Shown here: in pieces, positions 1 through 11,914 of the stretch
How positions within the stretch are numbered: position 1 is the stretch's first letter
How the letters are laid out: every line of letters starts with the position of its first letter
NCBI RefSeq assembly: GCF_018977255.1
Contig: NW_024704742.1
Coordinates: forward strand, 90,398,001-90,462,000
DNA: 64,000 nucleotides
Source: Callorhinchus milii
Taxonomy: Eukaryota
Direction: 5' to 3'
Position numbers and translations under genes: made by a program
The notes under the pieces: generated by a model
Told to the model about the DNA's origin: nothing
Databases searched by the model: none
Seen by the model: only the letters and a program-made list of their open reading frames with translations

Positions 1-580
1 GAACTCTCTCCTCGCCGGCCTTCCCGCCAACTCCCTCCACAAGCTGCAGGTCATTCAGAACTCTGCAGCTCGTGTACTGTCCCGCACCAGGCTTCGCGAC
101 CACATCACTCCCACCCTCGCTCGCCTCCACTGGCTCCCCATCCCCCAGAGGATCGAATTCAAGATCGTCATCTTCACCTACAAGGCCATTCACGGCCTCG
201 CTCCCTCCTACCTCTCCGACCTACTATCCCCCTACCTACCTGCCCGTACCCTCCGTTCCTCTGGCTCCGGTTTGCTCCACATCCCCCGCCCTAACCGCCC
301 TACCATCGGTGGCCGGGCCTTCAGCCTCTCAGCCCCGAGGCTCTGGAACTCTATCCCCCAGTGCCTTCGCCGCCTCCTCCCTCTCCTCCTTCATGGCCGG
401 TCTCAAGACCTTTCTCTTCAACCGAGCCTTCAGCTCCCCTCTCGACCCCCTTCTCGCTCCCTCCCTTCCCTCCCCCTGACCATTTCCCCCCTGCTCGGGT
501 CCCGACCCAACTGTCCAGCGCCTTGGGACGTCCTCCCGACGTGAAAGGCGCTCTATAAATGAAATCTTGTTGTTGTTGTA
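1..580 (+). mobile_element. L2 LINE 3' end, young subfamily A, cut by the window edge
   Basis: ORF2 C-terminal motifs ([40 protein letters not shown]), 3' stem-loop and (TTG)n tail; near-identical to 21249-22167 and 41035-41499. Confidence 0.95.
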
Positions 581-959
581 GTACAGCACCACACATCCGG
601 GATCAGTTGTCAGTCAGCTCCTTATACACAAAGCACTAGCAGCTCCTTGAGTTGGGTCAGGTTCACTGCTCAATGCAAAAAGGATAAGATAATGATGTCA
701 TTGACCACTCAAGGTATATGTGAGGGGTTGGGTACCACTTGCCTGCAATCAGAAGGAGCACCCAATCTGACCCCAAAACAGCTCCATTCAAATGTATTTT
801 CTAATAAATCCTAACTCAGTAACCGAGTGACACCAATCATCGTTATTCCCAGTATGGGAATGGGAGGGGAGGTGGGAATACGGGGAAGAATGTGATTTGT
901 GATATATTAATTATCAGCTGGAATTTCATGAATCAGACTTGAAACGCTGTATTGCACGA

Positions 960-1105
960 TCGGAAATAATTGTGCCACTCTCTGGCTGCGAATCCGGACA
1001 TAGGTGGGGTACATGTACAGAGTTCTCAGTCTGGTTTGGATCTCTTAAGCATGGTTACAGGTTTGCCCACCTGTCAGATACCCGGCTGACCAACAAAATC
1101 TTTGA
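960..1105 (+). mobile_element. 3' fragment of unclassified retroposon family X
   Basis: ctggtttggatctcttaagcatgg...tgtcagatacccggctgaccaacaaaatc matches 12860-12945. Confidence 0.75.
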
Positions 1106-1269
1106 CAATCCCTCAAAACAAAGATGGGGTGGCCAATTTTTCAAGCTGGCATCAGACTCAACCATCGTGCCCAGGCCATACCCAAGCACCTCGCTATCTC
1201 TTTAACTGCTTGTATCCCATTCCTCTGCCCACCCCTTTCATTCAGCTGGCGCTGGACTGCTGTTTGTCC

Positions 1270-2281
1270 CCCTCTGCTGCCATTGGTGGCAGTGCTTTCA
1301 GCCACTATGTGCCTATTCTCAGGACCTTCCTGCCTCAATCCCTCCATCTTGCACCCTCTTCATCAGTCTTCATCCGGCTCCCCCTTAGTAATATCATCCG
1401 CAGACATGGGGTCAACGTCTAAATGTATGCGGATGACACCCAACTGTACCTCTCTGTCTCCACCCTTGATTCCAGGACCACTGCTGTCTTCATAAAATGC
1501 CTGTCAGGCATCCAGTCCTGGGTGAAAGCTAACTTTCTACAGTTGAATGTCAACAACGAGGCCCTCCTGCTTGGCTCCCATCAGCTCCTACATACCTCGA
1601 ACGCTGACAGAATCTACCTCCATGGATGCACTCTACATCGCATGGAGCCAATACGGAACCTCAGTGTTCTGTTTGACCCTCAACTGTCCTTCATACCCCA
1701 CATCTGTGCCATGACCCACTCCACCTTTCCCCACCTCCGCAACATCACTCGGATCTGCCACTGTCTCACACCGCAGGCCGCCGAGAGCCCTCATACCCAC
1801 AATCATAACATCCAGGTTCAACTACACAAACTCCCTGCTGGTCGGCCTCCCCACCTTCTCCCTCCATAGGCTGCAGATCATCCAGAACTCTGCTGCCCGT
1901 GTCTTCTCCGCACCAGGCTGCACGACCCTATTACCCCCACCCAACAGTCCCTCTGCCTCACCCCCTTCCTTGCCTCTTTCAAGTCCAGTCTCAAGACCTT
2001 CTTCGACCGCGCCTTCAGTCACCTTTCTTCCCCCATGCCCTCCACCCTCCCCGACCCCGATCCTCAGCTTGGGTCTGAAACACTGACTATCCAACGCTTT
2101 GAGACATCCTCTCGATGTGACAGGCTCTACATAAATGTAATTTTGTTGTTTGTTTGTTGTTGTTTAAATCACACCATAAGACTACCTCTTCTCCCTTGCT
2201 TGGTAGCCAACCCCGCCATTGTGCACACTCCGAGATGCTACCCCGCATGAAGGCTGCTATGTAAATACTAGTTACTGTTGC
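1270..2281 (+). mobile_element. Old L2 3' fragment (1270-1377 and 2165-2281) split by a younger L2
   Basis: GGSAFSHY motif on the left; L2 tail gagatgctaccccgcatgaagg...gtaaatactagttactgttg on the right. Confidence 0.65.
1378..2164 (+). mobile_element. L2 LINE subfamily B, 5'-truncated, with an internal deletion near 1945
   Basis: RT motif YADDTQLY, NFLQLN, FDPQLSF; tail ataaatgtaattttgttgtt. Confidence 0.93.
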
Positions 2282-2674
2282 TCACTATCGACTATTTTAC
2301 CGTTGCATGTTTACCGTGTGACAGTTATCGCAACGAATCTCATTTTCTACCGATGCTCAGAGATGGCAGATGGCCACTTAAACTAGGACCCATCAAAACC
2401 ACATCACAGTCCAAGGGAAAAAGGAGCCATCTCAGTTGAGAAAGATCACACAAGGTGCTGTTGCTGTATTTTAAATCTGTCCACAACTACATCCTGACTT
2501 ACGTAACCCCCTCCTGATCATGCAGTCTGTCGTGTGGACAGACGTCTGCCATGGCCATGTGCTGGCATCATGTTAGAAGAAGCACCAGCTGGCTGCAGCA
2601 CAGCAGAAATCCTGGATTAGAGCATCATGAATTGAAGGAGATCACAATCACAGTTCCCAGCTTCACTGCATGAG

Positions 2675-2792
2675 TAATAATAATAATGATGATTCTTGCT
2701 TTTATATAGCAACTTTCACATTGGGAGGCGTCTCAAAGCACTTCACAGGATACACTGTAAAGTGTAGTAACCATGTGTTTTTTAGGCAAATG
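2675..2792 (-). mobile_element. SINE 3' tail fragment (L2-type tail, (TTA)n)
   Basis: Reverse complement of the tail of 5221-5535. Confidence 0.75.
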
Positions 2793-3513
2793 TACAAGGG
2801 CATGGTGTTCCGTCAAGTGAGGCCCTGAGTGATTCTTTGAAATTATAGGCAGCAATCCGCAAATTCAATAAAGTTAAACACCCAATAAGCACAACGTTTA
2901 GTCCTGATCATTTACCTTGTTTGGATTGCAAAAATAATGCCTTTTTAATCAAACAAAAATATATTTTTATTGATTGTTAATGCAAAATCTCCCAGTTTTG
3001 TTACCATCGCATGCAAATCGCACTTGGACACAGACAGGAAAGCACCCAGGCTTCAAATGGTTTGTATTTAACCACCGTATTAATACTACTCAAGGAATGA
3101 ATTCAGATGGATTTTCAGGTAATCGTCAGGCTAAAAGACTAATGCACCAGAACCCTTTGACATCAAATATATAAGCAATTTGGCAATTACTCCACCCAAA
3201 CAACAATTTAGCCTTCCAGTGGGTATTTATAGTCTTCCGTATTAGGACCATTTTGCAGTCCTGTTTCCTGCTTGTTTGCCACATACAGGACTTGGGAGAC
3301 CTCCTCATACATGAAACTAAGAAGCCTCTATTGCAGCAACAGTAACTGGTCTCACAGTTTCTACAACTACTCTGTTTCCTATTGACCAGAGACTGAAAGT
3401 TATGTTGAACACACAGCCACGTTAGCCTTTTCCCCAACTTTCCTGCACTTAGAAATCAATAGTCAAAAAATCTCTACGTCTGGGAGCAGAAATTCCTCAT
3501 ATTCTTAAACTTC

Positions 3514-3590
3514 AGACTTGAAATTTAAGACTGTACAAAATTTTGGAACAGTCTTAAATTCAGTCTACATTTGGAAGCCAGTTATTCTAC
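3514..3590. repeat. Palindromic repeat (MITE-like)
   Basis: Perfect 13-bp arms aatttaagactgt/acagtcttaaatt; related sequence at ~19745 and ~52600-52715. Confidence 0.6.
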
Positions 3591-4908
3591 GGTATCCGAA
3601 AGATGCTGTCAACTAATATAAACCAGAGTTTCAAAGCAGCGAAAATAATAATATGCTAGGCTCAATAAAGCAGAAAATTCAGACTGAAGTTGTACAGTCC
3701 CATGAGCTTGTTTCTCTAGAGAATACAAAGGTATGCGATCAGCCAGGAACAACATTAAAACAACTCCAATCTTGAATGCTGAATAATTACTTGGTTGAAG
3801 AACTTCACTTATCTATCTGTATCTCTGCTCACTCTTTCTCTGCTCTCTTCATCTTGGGCCCTATTATATCCATTCAATAAGTAATGTACATCCTATTCTC
3901 CCGTGACAGTGGTCAACTTTCCCATCCTACAAATTGGCTTTACCTTCCCTAATATAGGATGTGTTAGCCTCAAGATGAAGTTTGTTCCAGTATTGCACAA
4001 ATATGATACAATTGAATTACAGTGCATACCGCTCAGTGATGAGGCAACATTCACAAACACATTCCCTGACATAAGGATCTGTCACATGCCAATTAACAAA
4101 AATTAACCATCTTTTTTCCAATAGTTGTTGGGAATGGGAAATCCATTTCATATAAGCAATTAAGGAAAAGGATGGTTATTTTCCGTGTTCAGGTGTGAAA
4201 GCCTCGACGTCTAGCAGATGTTTAAAATTAAACGGTGAACAGTAACTACAGCAGTCAACTACACCTGTCAAATCCCATGTATTTACCTGTAAATACTGCA
4301 GGGTATTGCATTTACCAAAGACTGTTCATACAGTTATCCTTGCAAAGTGACCACAGTGTGCAATGCTACATCTTTTCAATATCCTGGAATGAGTGACAGG
4401 CCAAACCTACTTGAACTTTTGAGGAGCATGTGAGAGGAATAATGATCTTATGTTGATGACACAAATGACTTTCTGTTAAGCAGGGATTAGTGTCTGGATG
4501 ATCTGGGCCTCAATAGGCGCACGCTTCTGTCTGGAAAAATTCAGCTCTACAGAGTTTCTGAGAGGCGTCCAGTGAAAGTACACCAGAACATTACTGTGCC
4601 TAAACAATTTGACAAGCTCAGTCTGCCACATGGCCAATCCACTTGGGGTTCAGCCATACTCCTCTATCCATTAGGCTAAGATCATACTGGAAAGCCTATG
4701 ATTATAGAGAAATCATTTCATACCTCAAAGATGCACTTGGATTTCGTGAAGCCACACTCCTACACACTGGAAATGAAGTGATTAAATTTTAATCCAAATA
4801 CTCAGTATACTATAGGCTTTTTAAATTCACTCACTACATTATGTTCAAACAATTTTTAATATATATATGCAAAAGATCCAAATTTCACATTTCATTTATC
4901 AGCAAATT

Positions 4909-5018
4909 ATAATAATAACCCTTCCATTTGATATAGGGCCTTATCACATCTTCAATACGTCTCAAAGCTCTTCACAGAATATACTGTAAAGTGAATTGAC
5001 AGTATATTTTGTGGGTGA
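4909..5018 (-). mobile_element. tRNA-Ala SINE 3' fragment
   Basis: Reverse complement of the SINE 3' ~110 bp. Confidence 0.8.
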
Positions 5019-5220
5019 AAAAAAAACCTACACTTATTCATTACACTTGACATAGGATAACATCCACTAGAACTTTACACGGTCAAATACTGAGCAGGGA
5101 AAAGGGGGAAATGGAAGAGGTGGCCATAGAGGCGGTTGAAGAAGTAAGTTTTAAAAGATGCATCCAATAATACTTGAAAACCTAGCTTACAATCAGCAGA
5201 TTTTTGTAAACACTTTGTAG

Positions 5221-5535
5221 AGTCCTGTAGCTCAGTGGTTAGAGCACTCGCTTTGCAAGCGAGAGACCTGAGTTCAATTCCAGGCAGGGCGAAACCTTGG
5301 GCAAGTTTCCTTACTCCACACGCCTAATAATAATCCCTCCAAAACCAAAAACAATAATAAATTGGTCATTTTCAATCTACGACTGTTTGTGGGACATTGC
5401 TGTGCGCAATTGGCTGCCGGTTCGCCCACAAATATACAGTCAATTTACTTTACAGTGTGTTCTGTGAAGCGCTTTGGGACGTCCTCCCGACGTGAAAGGC
5501 ACTATATCAAATGCAAGGATTATTATTATTATTAT
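5221..5535 (+). mobile_element. Full-length tRNA-Ala-derived SINE, short young subfamily
   Basis: A box tagctcagtggttagagc, anticodon arm ctcgc-TTTGCAA-gcgag (TGC), B box gagttcaattcc, Deu-like body, L2-type tail, (TTA)n. Confidence 0.93.
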
Positions 5536-5655
5536 GATGTTACGTAGGCAAGTTGTGGAGAACAGACAGGTATTTTGAGACAAGCAATCAACACTGGGGG
5601 CCTTACTGCTGGCTGAAAACAAGCAAACGTGGTTGACCTATTTAAGAGAGATGGC

Positions 5656-6137
5656 AACAACAATAAACACTTATATAGCGCCCTCCGTGCAGGGTAGTGT
5701 CTCAGAGCGCTTAACAGTGGTGTAGCCTGACTCTGAGCCCGGGGGGGGGTGGTGGTCCAGAAGTTTGGGGCGTAGTGGCTGAATGTGTGACCTCCAATGG
5801 TGGAGCTGGGGCACGAGAGACAAGCAGGATGTTGGTGCCAGTCGAACGGATGCACCAGGTGGTGGATTGGGGAGTGAGGAGTTCGGAGAGGTAGGGAGGT
5901 GCCAGGGAGTGAAGGGATTTGAACATGAGTGTGAGGATCTTGAAGTCGATCTGTTCGGTGATGGGGAGCCAATGAAACCTGGCCAGAACTGGTGAGATGG
6001 GGTTACAGAGTTTGGTCCGGGTCAGTATGTGGGCAGCTGAGTTCTGAATGAGCTGAATTTTTTGAATAGTGGAGCTTGGGAGAACGGCGAGGAGTGTATT
6101 TGAGTAATCCAGGCGGGAGGTGACAAATGGGGACATG
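5656..6137 (-). mobile_element. L2 LINE 3' fragment
   Basis: ORF 5711-6136: [34 protein letters not shown]; (CAA)n at the left end. Confidence 0.92.
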
Positions 6138-6559
6138 GTGTTCAGTGCTATGATCAGGAATAGACAGAAAATGTGACATTTCCTAATCCATTAAATCTGT
6201 TCTGAAATGTCAATTTTTTTCTCTTATCCTTCAAAGATGTAACTGATCGTGTAAGACGACTTGGCAGGATAAAATGTAAGTCATACACCAGCATCTCATT
6301 TGTGATTGGAGTCTGAGTTGCAAATAATGTAGTGACACTTTCCGGTCATAGGAGCCAACTGGATCTCTGCGTCAACGCAACTTATTCCACAACGGAGTAT
6401 CAGCAAGTCAGCATGATTCACCTCCACTTACTGGAAGCAGTCACTGTTTATTTTTCAATCGCTCATTACCAACTATGATTATGAACTCCTTCATATTCCA
6501 CTTCATTGTTTGTTTGCATGCAACAAGGTTTCTTTATATTTCAACATTTTGCTTCAGTC

Positions 6560-6699
6560 ACATTTAAGACAACTTGTTATTAGTGGAAAACAATGCTTTT
6601 CAATGTGTTGGGATGTTTTCCCAATGTGAAAGGCACTATACAAAAGTAATTTGTTGTTCAATAACATTTCAGACTACTTGTTCTTAGTGGAAAACAATG
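6560..6699 (+). repeat. 36-bp direct repeats flanking a ~68-bp L2 tail
   Basis: 6560-6595 vs 6664-6699, 33/36 identical; insert gggatgttttcccaatgtgaaaggcactatacaaaagtaatttgttgtt. Confidence 0.85.
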
Positions 6700-7224
6700 A
6701 CTTTCTCCAACTTTCTGACAAATACCTGGAAGGAACAGTGTTGGGCTGATGTGGTTTGTAACGGTAATAATACACTTACAAGTGATTCTACAGAAGTGGT
6801 GCAACAACCCATGAGATTTTTTTGTTGCAACTTCTCTGTCCCTGCAAAGCATCTGAGGTACAATCTATTTCTGATATTTCAAACAAGCTTCTGCTAAAAC
6901 CAGCACGTATGAATGCACTGACTAAGGTGCAGTTGAACATGCTGTATTACACACGGAGAGAGCCATATGTTCAATGACTCGCACACAGTCAATTAAAGCT
7001 CAGTCTGTTTCTTGCATTTTTTAACGAAGCTACTTCTTTACGCTCCTGCTGCAAGGAAAAGACTGCCCAGATGAAAGTAACCTTCCTCCTCGATTTACAG
7101 GTGAACTACCGAACCACAGGACTGATTCAACAAATTAAAGGAGACTCAATCTTCATGAAAATGTGACTGGCAAACATCTTTGTTTCAGAAAAGACTGCAT
7201 CATTTAAACAATAAAAACAACAGT

Positions 7225-7465
7225 GTCCCACAAACCGTCATGAATTGAGTAACCTAATTATTTTTATTTATTTATATACATATTTTGGAAGGGATTATTA
7301 CCGCTGGAACAGCGATCCACCAATCGACTAACAACCGGGTACCTACTGCTAGGTAAACGGAGGTCTGTGGGGTAAAGAAACTTGCCCAACATTTCGGCCT
7401 ACCCAGGAATCAAACCCAGGTCCTCTCGCTTGCGAGGCAAGGGTTCTAACCAATGAGCTACTGAA
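7225..7465 (-). mobile_element. tRNA-Ala SINE, long subfamily, 5' part
   Basis: Reverse-complement tRNA head plus the ctccgtttacctagcagtaggtacc block. Confidence 0.8.
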
Positions 7466-7558
7466 CAAGCAGCTGAGACCTCGGTTTAAATTCTCATCTG
7501 AAGAATGGCATATGTTAAACAGCACATGAAGGCCAGTCTTCCCTTATCTTCATCGCTG

Positions 7559-8815
7559 AACAACAGCAACAACAACAAAATTACATTTGTATAACACCTT
7601 TCACATCGGGAGGACGTCCCAAGGCGCTGGACAGTCAGTGTTTCAGACCCGAGTTGGGGGTCGGGATTGGGGAGGGTGGAGGGCAGAAGGGGAAGGAGGG
7701 TGATGGAAAGCAAGGTTGAAGAGGAGGGTCTTGAGATGGGTCTTGAAGGAGGTAAGGGATGGGGCGTGGCTGAGGGACTGTGGGATGGAGTTCCAGAGGG
7801 TGGGGCCAGAGTGGCAGAAGGCCCGCCCGCCAATGGTGGGGCGGGAGAGGCGGGGGATGTGAAGCAAGCTGAGCGGAGGGAGCGGGGTGGTTAGTAGGGG
7901 GTTAGAGGTCGCAGAGGTGGGGGGAGCAAGGCCATGGAGTGCTTTGAAAGTGAGGACCAGGATCTTGAACTGTATCCTCTGTGTGATGGGAAGCCACTGG
8001 AGTCGGACGAGGGTGGGGGTGATAGGGTCATGAAGCCTGGTGCGGGAGAGGACATGGGCTGCAGAGTTCTGGATGATCTGCAGCCTATGGAGGGAGGAGT
8101 TGGGGAGGCCGACAAGGAAGGAGTTTACGCAGTCAAGCCTGGTTGTTGTGAATGTGTGTATGAGGGTTTCAGTGGCCTGCGGTGTGACACAGTGGCAGAG
8201 CCGGGCAATGTTGCGGAGATGGGAGAAGGCAGAGTGAATCATGGCACAGATGTGGGGTAGAAAGCATAGTTGAGGGTCAAACAAGACGCCAAAGTTCCGG
8301 ACTGGTTCAGTAAGGTCGAGTGTGCATCCTTGGATGGTGATGCTGTCAGCGCCTGAGGTGCTGTGGAGGTGCTGACAGGAGCCAATCAGACATTCTGTCA
8401 GGACAGCAGTGGTCCTGGAGTCAAGGGTCGAGGTAGAGAGGTACATGTGGAATTTGAACCCATGTCTGCGGATGATGTCACCAAGAGGGAGCATATAGAT
8501 ATTGAAGAGGTGAGGACCAAGGACAGAGCCCTGAGGAACGCTGCATGAGACAGTGCGGAGGCAAGAGGACAAATCGTTTGAGGAGATGAAATGGAAGCGG
8601 TGTGAGAGGTATGATCTAAACCATTCAAGGACAGAGCTGTGGAGGTGAGAGTAGAGGCAGTGGATGAAGATAGAGTAGTCGACGGTGTTGAAGGCAGTAG
8701 AGAGGTCAAGGAGAACGAGGAGGCAGAGGGAGCCCTGGTCACAAATGGACAGAATGTCATTTATCACTTTGATCAGGGCTGTTTCTGTGCTGTGGGTGGC
8801 ACGGTAACCCAATTG
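7559..8815 (-). mobile_element. L2 LINE subfamily B, ~1.25 kb 3' part
   Basis: ORF 7643-8851: [46 protein letters not shown]; (CAA)n tail. Confidence 0.96.
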
Positions 8816-9069
8816 GACAGGTTCGCGGAGGTGCAGTAGAAAAAGTACCACATCAATCTCTCAGCAGTTCAAACAACTGTCATGTGAGGGCAGTAAACTC
8901 ATCCCAGGGGCTATTGCATGTTTGAAGAGGACTTGAGCTCAGCATTCTGCTGATGACTTGTCACTCAAAGTAATGTATTGGGCATCTGTTTGCATTGCTC
9001 TTAATTACAATAACAGACAGATGTATGCTTAGTGATGCTCAGAATCACACCAACTGAATAAAGAGAAAA

Positions 9070-9170
9070 ATAATAATCCTTGCATTTGATACAGTGCCTC
9101 ATCACTCCATTGAGATGTTTCAAAGTGCTTCGCAGGATATCCTATAAAGTGTAGTGACTGTGTATTTTTA
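9070..9170 (-). mobile_element. SINE 3' tail fragment
   Basis: taataatccttgcatttgata...tcaaagtgcttcgcagg. Confidence 0.75.
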
Positions 9171-9909
9171 TATTTACAAAGGGCAAGCAGGGATTTATCT
9201 TCTCCCCAGTGTAGACCCTAGGAGATTCAATGTTTTGTTCAGTCGTCAACTAAACTGGAGGAAAGGAGGTATCCAATACATATTTCCACTTCCCGTTAGA
9301 ACAAAGGATTAGGTAGATTATCCTCCTCCCTGGAAAAGCTTGGCTTATTTGGTAAGAATTCTTATATCTGGGGTCAGAGGTTGTGGCTTTGAGCTCTCGC
9401 TCCTCAGTGCTGGGGAAGCATTGCAGAAGGAAGTTTCTTTTGGTGTTCTCTGGATAAGTTAGGCTTTCACTTGATGCCTGGAATCTGCTGTGCACAAATT
9501 GGCTGCAGTACTTGCCTACAAATAGGGAGAAAGAAACAGAGGCATGGAGTCTCTTGTAGGATATGAAGACTGGACTAGTTAGGCTGAAGGGCCCATTTCC
9601 ATGCAGTCTATGTAATTTCTGTAACATTTATATAGCCCCAACTTGAAAGGCCCTATATAAATATAAATTTGTATTGTACTCTATTGCATTCTTGGAGATG
9701 CCAACCTTAGGATGAGACGTTAAACCTTCAGATTCCTAAAGTAAGGAGTCCTTTTTGACATTGCAGCATTTTAGATTCAATATTATTTCAGAAAATAAGA
9801 AAGTTTAGGATGAGAAAAAGACATTCACCCACTGAAGCCTATCCTTCAATTACCACCATCTTATCCAATATAATACATTGCTCCTTTTTGAATATCAGAG
9901 TATTTCTTT

Positions 9910-10812
9910 CACTCACAGAATACAGTCAATCCCTTTTACAGTGTATTCTGTGAAGTGCTTTGAGACGTTTCAACGACGTGATAAGGCGTTATATACTCTT
10001 TGGCTCTCGTCAACGACTAAAATCACATGGTTCTCACCTCCTCCACCTACCCGACCTCCCCTTAAAACTCTCCGAACCCATACACAACCTAGGGGTCAGG
10101 TTCGACCCCCAATTATCCTTCCTCCTCCACATCCGGTCCCTCACCAGCACCCCTTTCTTCCACCTCCGACGTATCAACCGTCTCGGCCAATACCTCACTC
10201 CAAACCCTGGTCCATGCCTTTGTCACCTCTCGGCTGGACTATTCAAATGCCCTCCTCACCGGTCTCCCATCCACTACCATCCATAAAATCCAGGTCATAC
10301 AAAACTCTGCCACCCACATTCTTACCTGCACCAAACTCCGCTCCCCGATCACCTCAGTCCTTGCCAGACTGCACTGGCTGCCTATCCCAGAGAGGATCGA
10401 CTTCAAGATCCTCAGCCTTGTCTTCAAATCCCTCCACTCCTCTGCACCTCCCTACCTCTCTGACCTCCTCTCTCCTCAAAAGAGTGCCCGTTCGTTCCAC
10501 CAGGTCTGGCCTCCTCCTTGTCCCCCGAGTCCTTCGCTCCACCCTCGGCGGCCGGGCCTTCAGCCACTATGCCTCGAGGCTCTGGAACTCCGTTCCTCAC
10601 TCTCTTTGCCTCGCCTCCTCTCTTCCTATTTTCAGGTCTCGGCTGGAGACCTTTCTTTTCGACCGAGCCTTTGGTCACCTTCCCCCCCTCCCCCTGGCTT
10701 GGCCCCGGGTTCCATTACTGTGAAGAGCTCTGAGACTCCATTCGGCATGGAGGGCGCTATATAAATCCAAGTTATTGTTGTTATATCAAACGTCAGGATT
10801 ATTATTATTATT
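9910..10812 (+). mobile_element. SINE 3' fragment (9910-9994 and 10781-10812) split by an L2
   Basis: The halves rejoin as ...gataaggcgttatatcaaa...ggattattatt. Confidence 0.8.
9995..10779 (+). mobile_element. L2 LINE subfamily C 3' fragment with TSD gttatat
   Basis: [28 protein letters not shown]; tail ggagggcgctatataaatccaagttattgttg. Confidence 0.93.
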
Positions 10813-11284
10813 GTGTTTGGCGTATATGCTGGTGCCACTTCAATGTAAATGTCAACCCTCTGTGTGCAATCAATCAAAACAGGCAAGTGTGTTGTAGCCT
10901 TTAAAGTGCACTTAATCTCAAAACAGGTCACCAGCTGCAGCTTTCCTCCCCCGGTTTCCTTCCCAAAGAAACCCAATTTGCTTTGTTTATCAGTCACGGC
11001 ATGGCTAACTAATGGATGGGTAATTACTGTACGACAGCATAATATTAAGGGAATACGTCTCAATTTAGCAACTAACCTTAATCAATGTCTGATACTTGCA
11101 ATAAGCCATTAAACACAGCAAGATACAGTTTAAGAAAAAAATTATTTTAATATCTTGAGATTTACACAGTATAAGTCACAATATCTAAGGCATTCCTTAT
11201 GAGTAAAGAAGCTTTTCAGAATATAACTTATGTTACCAAGCTTATCGTCTATGGTCCTATGACAGTTCAGTGAGTGAATGCAAC

Positions 11285-11430
11285 TACAAAAAACAACAAA
11301 TTGCATGAATATAGCTCCTTTCACTTCAGGAGGACATCCCCAAGGTAGTGAACAGAGATGGGTGTTGAAGGCAAATGAGGATGGAGGTGGGAGAATGACC
11401 GAAGGCACAGTCAAAGATGTTCTTAAGCAT
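11285..11430 (-). mobile_element. Degraded L2 3' end
   Basis: aacaacaaattgcatgaatatagctcctttcac...ggacatcc is the reverse complement of an L2 tail. Confidence 0.65.
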
Positions 11431-11820
11431 GGTAATGAACTTCCACCTGCAAAGCTGACCAAAAAAAGGCTACTGCAATTCGTTCTTCCAGGAGGTGTCA
11501 CGGATAGTTGTCAGGAGAAAGAACCTGGATGTCCTACAAGAACCATCAACACTCACTATCCAGACTCATTGTATAAAGACATTGGCATGTGTAGAACCTT
11601 GCAATCTGACTCCAGAAGGAGTCAGCAGAATAGGGAGAAAATTGGAAGAGTAAACAATATCAGTACTGACAGGTTTCATAGCCTGGCAATTCACAGTGGT
11701 AGAGATCAGGCTATCCTTTTTCTTCAACTGAGAAAATACATTTTGCTCACATATACACACTTGACATTTTTATCGTTAATCGTTTTAGATTTCATTTTGA
11801 AGCTTTTATCTTGCCTTCAT

Positions 11821-11914
11821 TCAAACAGAGTGGCGGTATATAGCCTGGCTGGGACCCAAGCTTTCTCTCGCTTTTTTCCATGCATGAAGGCAAGCGGCCA
11901 CATCTTCACTGAAT
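11821..11914 (-). CDS. Candidate terminal coding exon of an unidentified gene (FSEDVAACLHAWKKARESLGPSQAIYRHSV*)
   Basis: Strong acceptor ccctgcttctttctcttcag|, 30 open codons with protein-like helical composition, then TGA; repeat-free context; no homology confirmed. Confidence 0.45.

Noticed and set aside
2503..2611. Minus-strand exon-like segment
   Set aside because: Stops in all frames
5222..5292. tRNA-Ala gene
   Set aside because: The acceptor stem is imperfect and it runs directly into a SINE body repeated many times; it is a SINE head
7643..8851. 402-aa ORF and other long ORFs as host genes
   Set aside because: They are decayed L2 or CR1 ORF2 fragments (this one has lost the YADD motif) or their off-frame and antisense shadows
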